From Octopus vulgaris (taxonomy: Eukaryota), in assembly GCA_951406725.2 (NCBI GenBank), contig OX597816.1:73222001-73286000 (forward strand): a stretch of DNA of 64,000 bases, written 5' to 3'. The position numbers and the translations under genes were made by a program. Below are positions 55,793 through 64,000 of this stretch, in pieces; the stretch's first letter is position 1; the number at the start of each line of letters is the position of its first letter. Under the pieces are notes generated by a model. It saw only the letters and a list, made by a program, of their open reading frames with translations. It was not told the DNA's origin and did not search any database.

Positions 55793-56778
55793 ACATAATT
55801 CCCTTTTAACAGTCAGTTAAAGTGAGACAGTGTCACGTGACAACTTGCTGGGGCTGCCTGCTGGAGCCTAGCGGCAGGTATTTAAAAGGAAAAATTTGAC
55901 AAGTCAGTCAGTCACCGGCTGACACTCGCTGACGATACATCGAAGAGGCCAGGGAACAGAGGAAAGAAGAAAGAAGACATGCACCCAACACCAGAGCTGA
56001 AGACACCTCCGAAAGGGGGAGGGGGCAGCCACGTCAAAACGGTAGAGGAGTAGGGGCTGAAACCGGACGTGGTTCCTCCTGATGATATCTTGAGCCAACT
56101 GGATCCTATAAAGGAGCTGTTGTGGTAGCAGACCACGAAACACGGTTGTAATTCCTCAACCAAGAATGCACCGTGTGTTTAAAAACATCTATATCTTACA
56201 GATGTATACGAGAATAAAAACAAATTTAGTATCAGAGAAATAAGTGCTATCGGAATAAAAATGAAATTCAGTGTTAACTGAGACTTTAGTAATATCTGTA
56301 CGGATTTTGCACCTCTCAAAAATAATTTGTTTCAAAAAAATTTTATTTCGAAAGAAATGAAGTATTTTATGGCTCTCTATAAACTTCCAGGACTCATAAT
56401 TTTCAAAATAACCTTGGAATTTCCTCCGCAACTGCTAGTATTTATCATTTATTTATATTTACGATTGTGGATAAACATTTATAGACAAATAAAAAGCGTG
56501 TGCATTATGGTCACTATCTAACGTGCTAAATATATGTGAAAAATAGATTTCAAGATTTGATTCAATTTGGACACAATGTAAAGATTCTTCATGTTTACTT
56601 AGTGGTCGAATTTTGTTCCTTTTGAATAGATTTTCTTGAAACAAATATATACACCCAAAAGTGATGAATGGTAAGGAGAAATGTACGCCTTACTGTGGAA
56701 AGGTGTTAGAGACACGCACATACATACATACATAAATGCATACATACATATATACATACATACATATATATGTATATG

Positions 56779-56809
<31 letters not shown>

Positions 56810-57107
56810 TTATAGATATTTATGAATATAGATATATGTTTATGCTTTCTAGCCCACACATACATACACAGGCAGACATACGCACACACAAACATATATG
56901 TGTGTATAAGTATACACAGTCACACGTACACATGCTCTCTCTCTCTCTTTCACTCTCGCTCTGCTTCTCTACCTGTATATCTGTATCTATACATATATGC
57001 ATATATATATACATATATACATATATGTATATATATATATACATGTATATATATGTATGTATATAAATGTATGCATTTATGTACAAGTAAAAATATGTGT
57101 GTATAAA

Positions 57108-57155
<48 letters not shown>

Positions 57156-57907
57156 CATATATATAGATATAAACATATACATATTAACATATGTATATAT
57201 ACTCATATACACACACACGTATATACGCAGATATATTAGCAAATATTTGCATACGTGTATGTACGTACAGACGTATTTATGCATGTATGTATGTTCGTAA
57301 CGTAAGTAGACATATACATATACAATATATGACTGTGTGCCCCCCCCCACTTTCTCTCTCTTTCTCTCCGTATATGTGTGACTAAGTGGACCATTAGTAC
57401 ATAAACTCAATACTTAACCGGATATGATACTCTAAGACCGAGAACAAAAGACCTGTTCTGTTATACAAGCAACACACCTAGAATACATGATAGAGATAAT
57501 ATATTTGAAAGCATTACTAAGACAGTAAGACAATTCCATCATCCATATGTACCCAGATAATGAGTTTGCATTTCTACCCTTCCTTTTCGGTTGTTAAAAC
57601 CAAAGAAAGGATCATGAAAATTTTCTAAAACAATAACAGGCTGGGTTTTTCTTGTTTTGCTTTTCTATAGTTTCATTATGTTTTCTTGTTTGTTTTGTAT
57701 ATTTTTAGTTCATTCTGCAATAAAGAACAGAATATTATGTTGTACATTTCTAACTTAGACTTTTTCGTAAAGTGAACCAACAAAGGAAGTTATATGGGCC
57801 ACTCAAATTGTTAACAAATCAGTCATATCCCACTCAAATTAGACCTTGTCAATTGGTTGACAACAAAAGGAAGAACAAATTTTTCAATGTGCTCCTAGAT
57901 GAAATAA

Positions 57908-58343
57908 TTCTTTCTAATTTTTGCACAAAGCCAGCAATTTTGAGTGGGGTGGAGAGTCGAATTTTATCAACCACGAAAGGATGAAAGGCAAAGTCGACAT
58001 CGGGGCACTTGAATTTAGAATGTGAAGAGCCGGAAGAAATACCTATTTCTTTATTACCCACAAGGGGCTAAACACAGAGGGGACAAACAAGGACAGAAAT
58101 AGGAATTAAGTCGATTACATCGACCCCGGTGCGTAACTGATACTTAATTTATCGACCCCGAAAGGATGAAAGGCAAAGTCGACCTCGGCGGAATTTGAAC
58201 TCAGAACATAGTGGCAGACGAAATATGGCTACGCATTTCGCCTGGCGTGCTAACAATTCTGCCATCTCGCCGCCTTTAGAATACCGGAAGAAATACCATT
58301 AAGCATTTTGTCCGGTGCCGATTTTGCCAGCTTGCCACCTTAA
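57908..58343 (-). mobile_element. SINE B1 (58044-58276) inserted in an older SINE B with a 14-bp TSD
   Basis: ccggaagaaatacc at 58030-58043 and 58284-58297. Confidence 0.85.
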
Positions 58344-60143
58344 TGGTAATAATTCTTTCTACTCTAGGCACAGGACTTGAAATTCTGGTGGAGGCGGGGG
58401 GTGGGTCTTAGCGATTAAATTGACCCCAGTGCTCGACTGCTACATATGCTATCGATCCCGAAAAAAATGAAAAGCAAAGTCGAACGCGGCAGCATTTTAA
58501 CTGAGAACGTAAAGGACCGGAAGAAATATCGATTACGATTCCACCAGGTCGCCACTCTGCTTCTAGATGTAATAATGGTCTCAAATTTTGGAACAAGACT
58601 AACAATTTTCAGGGAAAGTGTAAGTTTATTTAATCAACCCCCAAGATTGAATTAGTTTTTATTTTATCGACGCCAAAAGGTTCAGAATTAATGTCATCAC
58701 TGCGACATTTGAACTCAGAATGTAATGAATCGGAATGAATGTCACCCAGGATTGTTTTTTGATTTTGTTTTCTTTCTTTGTGGCGGATAAAATTTGATTG
58801 AGATTCTCAGCTATTTCTACCAAGTTCAGTGATCATATTGATGCTTCAAGTTTGGACCACTGGACATAGATACAAATTTATATTCAAAGTCGGCAAGACA
58901 TCTAATAGTACAGATGAGTTATGAATCTTAGATTGATTTTAATTTCGAGTTCCTTACAAGAAGTACCGAAAATTTATAAGTTTAAAAATTCTCTATGCAG
59001 GTACAGAGAGTACAGTTTGATTTTAAATCATAAATGTTCACTAACTGCACAAAGGGATTTTATTTTAATTTCTGAACAGAGGAATTAAGATTGTTTTAAA
59101 TTCCTCAGTTTCAGAGATTAAAATACGATGATATTTAAAAGTTGTAAATTCTCTGTGTAGAAAGTGGTCTTTTACGAGTTTGAAATTCATAATAGAATCA
59201 TTTTGATTGAAAGTTTGACTTTATTTGAGATATCTACAAGTTAAAAATGAGTTCACATTGGCATTAATGTTTAAACACGAAACCAAATGCCTTAATCTCG
59301 TTGATATACACCACGACTACATATTCCGTCTGCAACTAGCTTTCGCTGTTTATAAAATAATTACCAGTTACATACAGAGATCTACTCAATGACAAAGTAG
59401 TGGAAAGTAACCTCATTCATTACTGCAAAGCAACTCTACCCTGTTTTACACAAGCGCAAGACTTAAATGCTTCCAGCTGACAGTCTTGTTTCTAGTCCTG
59501 CCGGATTTCTAGCAACACACCACACCAGGAAAGCCTCGAAGGAATGACGGTTTTAAATCATAACCTTTAACACGTCTTTATATTTTGCTGCACTCGCACC
59601 TATATTGTAAATTTATACTGTTTCAGTCATTTGACTGCGGCCATGCTAGAGCACCGCCTTTAATCGAGAAAATCGACCCCAGGAATTATACTTTGTAAGC
59701 CTAGTACCTATTCTATCGGTCTCTTTTGCCGAACCGCTAAGTTACAACCTTTCAGTCTTTCGCAATCAATGGAATAAAATACCAGTTGAGGACTAATATT
59801 TATTTTATCGATTTATCCATCCATTGAAATTAGTGGCTTTGTGCCAAAATTTGAAACCAAACCTACTAGAGCTGCAAATTTACTATATAGACATGAGTTA
59901 AGTACAGCATTAATTTACTATATAAATGGGAGCACAGCAAAGAATAAATTTACAATATAGTGATAATAGGCGCAGGAGTGCCTGTGTAGTCTTGTAGCTT
60001 GCTTACCAACCACATGGTTCTGGGTTCAGTCTCACTGCGTTGCACCATGGGCGTCTTCTATTATCACCTCGACCCGACCAAAGCCTTGTGAGTGGATTTG
60101 GTAGACGGAAACTGAAAGAAGCCCGTCGTATATATGTATATAA

Positions 60144-60184
<41 letters not shown>

Positions 60185-60545
60185 GGTTATAAAATGAGAT
60201 AGGGGTTGAAAATTCAACCCACCATGGGATAATATATATCCAATATACTGCTAGATAGGTACCCAACAAGACTAATACATAGATGTTAAAAATTGCCAAA
60301 CAATCAGTTCATCTATTGTATTATATGGGTAAAGGTAATAATATTACCGTAAATTAATACTACAAAATTAGAAAATGGAGAAACATACTTAAATCAATAA
60401 AACATCAACTATCAGATGATACCCAATCAATACTTTATTACACCATTACATATCAGTAAAGGCATTATACAAAATATACAGTAAAAGTAAATAGACAAAG
60501 AGATATAAGTATAAAATTTCAAATATAATATGTAATTAAATCAAA

Positions 60546-60655
60546 TCTGACAGCTGTTTCGGCAGTGAGGGCAGTCATACCTCATTTAACCTATAAGCCA
60601 TAAAGGCAGGTATAAATGAGGCATTAACAAGGATGCCCCACGGCCTCTTCAGAGA
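60546..60655 (-). ncRNA. Hammerhead ribozyme, left-arm copy
   Basis: Reverse complement of 61764-61873. Confidence 0.8.
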
Positions 60656-60994
60656 ATTAAATTTGTTATAATTGTGAAAAAGATTATTTAACCATATACA
60701 TATAAATATAAAAATATAAAAATGTAAAATATAAAAACTTATACATAAACTTCATAATGCTACACTTATATAATATAATACTCATTGGTACAATAATGCA
60801 AGGTAAACAGAACAAAATAAAACAAAATATATATCAGTGTATATATTAATATTAATAAGCACCGTTATTATACATATTTGGCTAATAGTTTAAAAAAAAA
60901 AAAAACTAACACATAGGGAGATGAAAAATAATAAAATCATGGTTCAGTTCATAAAATTATAAAGCTATAAAGGTCAATAAAAATTACTATTAAT

Positions 60995-61037
<43 letters not shown>

Positions 61038-61354
61038 GATACAGTTATGTTTGCACCAAGTCCATCCTTTCAAGATCGAAATAACTATGAGTTTAGAAAT
61101 ACTGACCACTAGGTAATGATAATTTAGATTAATTCGATTGGCTAGTGGTTTGAAATTTAAATCACAAAAGAAATTAATTTCTTTTGTGGTTTGAAATTTA
61201 AATCACAAAAGAAATTAATTTCTTTTGTGATTTAAATTTCAAACCACTAGCCAATCGAATTAATCTAAATTATCATTACCTAGTGGTCAGTATTTCTAAA
61301 CTCATAGTTATTTCGATCTTGAAAGGATGGACTTGGTGCAAACATAACTGTATC

Positions 61355-61424
<70 letters not shown>

Positions 61425-61763
61425 ATTAATAGTAATTTTTATTGACCTTTATAGCTTTATAATTTTATGAACTGAACCATGATTTTATTATTTTTCATCT
61501 CCCTATGTGTTAGTTTTTTTTTTTTAAAAACTATTAGCCAAATATGTATAATAACGGTGCTTATTAATATTAATATATACACTGATATATATTTTGTTTT
61601 ATTTTGTTCTGTTTACCTTGCATTATTGTACCAATGAGTATTATATTATATAAGTGTAGCATTATGAAGTTTATGTATAAGTTTTTATATTTTACATTTT
61701 TATATTTTTATATTTATATGTATATGGTTAAATAATCTTTTTCACAATTATAACAAATTTAAT

Positions 61764-61873
61764 TCTCTGAAGAGGCCGTGGGGCATCCTTGTTAATGCCT
61801 CATTTATACCTGCCTTTATGGCTTATAGGTTAAATGAGGTATGACTGCCCTCACTGCCGAAACAGCTGTCAGA
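61764..61873 (+). ncRNA. Type-I hammerhead ribozyme with canonical core, GUC site and ~85-nt stem II
   Basis: TCT-CTGAAGA-GGCCGTGGGGCA...TGCCCTCACTGCC-GAA-AC(AGCT)GT-C-AGA. Inner helix ATGCCTCATTTA/TAAATGAGGTAT and palindromic ACAGCTGT. Confidence 0.82.
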
Positions 61874-62059
61874 TTTGATTTAATTACATATTATATTTGA
61901 AATTTTATACTTATATCTCTTTGTCTATTTACTTTTACTGTATATTTTGTATAATGCCTTTACTGATATGTAATGGTGTAATATAGTATTGATTGGGTAT
62001 CATCTGATAGTTGATGTTTTATTGATTTAAGTATGTTTCTCCATTTTCTAATTTTGTAG

Positions 62060-62130
<71 letters not shown>

Positions 62131-62847
62131 TTGTGTGTCTTTGTCTGTCCCCCCAACATCGCTTGTCAACCGATGCTGGTGTCTTTACGTCCCTGTAACT
62201 TAGCGGTTCGGCAAAAGAGACCGATAAAATAGGTACTGGGCTTACAAAGAATAATTCCTGGGGTCGATTTGCTCGATTATAAGGCGGTGCTCTATCATGG
62301 CCGCAGTCAAATGACTGAAACAAGTAAAAGAGTAGAAGAATAAATTTAGTATAGTATAAATTTACAATATAGATGCGAGTGCAGCAAAATATAAAGACGT
62401 GTTAAAGGTTAGTATTGTCTCTAGTACCAATGTCGGGTATGATACTCATTATCATATAGCGAGTTTTCAGAAGGGATATCAATTCTTGGCTTCTATCGTG
62501 TAATTAATATTGAAATATATATGCAAAAATATAAACGCTAATTACTGTATTACATTATACGGATCCAGGACATTGCAGTACTCATCTAAGCTTGGCAAAG
62601 GGAAATAACTGAGGTTTAATTTAAGAACTTCTGGTAAGCTCGTATGCTCTCAGATGCTCAATTTGTGTCAAATGTACTATGAAGCAGCATAAGATATTTC
62701 TATAGAGGTGGGCTTCTTAGAGCTTAAGAAGGAGACCAAAAGTTCGAATACGAAAATACTGGTACATAGGAAGATACATTCGTTAAGAGAGACAGAAGAG
62801 GGAAATATGTGGGGTGGAGAAGAGAGAAGAAAGTAAAACGAATATAT

Positions 62848-63278
62848 ATTTCTTTATTGCCCACAAGGGGCTAAACACAGAGGGGACAAGCAAGGACATA
62901 CAAAGGGATTTAGTCGATTACAAAGGAATTAAGTCGATTAAAGTACCAGAGCGAAACTGGTACTTTATTTATCGACCCCGAAAGGATGAAAGGCAAAGTC
63001 AACTTCGGCGGAATTTGAACTTGGAACGTAATGACAGACGAAATAACTATTTCTTTACTACCCACAATGGGCTAAACACAGAGGGGACAAACAAGGACAG
63101 ACAAACGGATTAAGTCGATTAGATCGATCCCAGTGCGTAACTGGTACTTATTTAATCGATCCCGAAAGGATGAAAGGCAAAGTCGACCTCGGCGGAATTT
63201 GAACTCAGAACGTAACGACAGACGAAATACCGCTAAGCATTTCGCCCGGCGTGCTAACGATTCTGCCAGCTCGCCGCC
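62848..63278 (-). mobile_element. SINE B1 tandem array (head plus two tailed modules)
   Basis: Two tails ending aaagaaata, junction at about 63048. Confidence 0.87.
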
Positions 63279-63445
63279 TGTAGTAAAACGAATATAGTTT
63301 AAGACTGAAACAGGGGAGGTAAGAGATTGAGATATAAATTGAAGAGTGAGGGACAAAGAGGGATGGACGGAAAAGGCGAGAGAGGAACAGAGAGATAGAG
63401 AGTGGGTGAGTGCGCCTGTCTGTATGTGTGTGAGAGAGACAGAGA

Positions 63446-63481
<36 letters not shown>

Positions 63482-63693
63482 AAAAGAGAAAGAAAGAGAA
63501 GAAATTTATGTATATAAAGAAATAAGTAAGAGAGAAAAATTTCAAACAATCCAACATGGCGATTGACAGTTTACAAATGGCGGAAACATTTTTCTTTGTT
63601 TTGCTTTCGTCATTATATTCCTTATTTTTTACATGTTTTGTCTTCAATTTTAACTTTCTCTATATATCTGGTTATCGTTTCTCTCTCTCTCTC

Positions 63694-63746
<53 letters not shown>

Positions 63747-63866
63747 CAATCTCATTCTTTCCCTCTGTCACTTTGCAGATATCTACAAAAGATAAATATG
63801 CATACAGTTATTCAGGCATATATGTGTTTGTATGAGTGTATAAGTATGCGTGTGTGTATGTATGCA

Positions 63867-63917
<51 letters not shown>

Positions 63918-64000
63918 CCAAACATATATATATATATATACATACACACATGTATGTGTATTTATACATGCTAATGTATATGTAGAAGTATATACATAGG

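Larger units (their letters stand above)
60357..62062. repeat. ~1.7-kb near-perfect palindrome, a fold-back HHR element (family H6)
   Basis: Arms are reverse complements. Centre AAATTAATTT with a ~41-bp local duplication at about 61146-61228. Confidence 0.93.
59968..62340 (+). mobile_element. SINE A split at its internal (TA)n by a ~1.88-kb insert (60185-62060)
   Basis: 5' half at 59968-60184 and 3' half at 62061-62340. Confidence 0.9.

Overview
AT-rich, repeat-saturated eukaryotic DNA, almost certainly intronic or intergenic octopus genome. The species call is inferred from tRNA-headed SINE families of the octopus type and extreme (TA)n/(TAGA)n/(AAT)n microsatellite density. No intact protein-coding gene is supportable, and nearly all supplied ORFs are microsatellite or SINE read-throughs. 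The window holds about 45 SINE copies from 4-5 families, decayed LINE fragments (R4/Dong-like, CR1-like, RTE-like), a hAT MITE with an 8-bp TSD, non-autonomous Helitrons, a 20-bp minisatellite and several local duplications. The main hidden signal is a set of at least 6 sequence-unrelated short elements, mostly embedded in (TA)n tracts. Each family carries a minimal type-I hammerhead ribozyme (HHR) with a palindromic stem III, like Penelope-type pseudo-LTRs or retrozymes. They include family-wide non-canonical cores (CUGUCGA, CCGACGA), very long stem-II versions, and fold-back insertion structures, the largest a ~1.7-kb palindrome. One SINE subfamily appears to insert site-specifically into related SINEs. 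A weak chain of minus-strand micro-exons may be present. All folds and translations were read by eye and family names A-D are my own labels.
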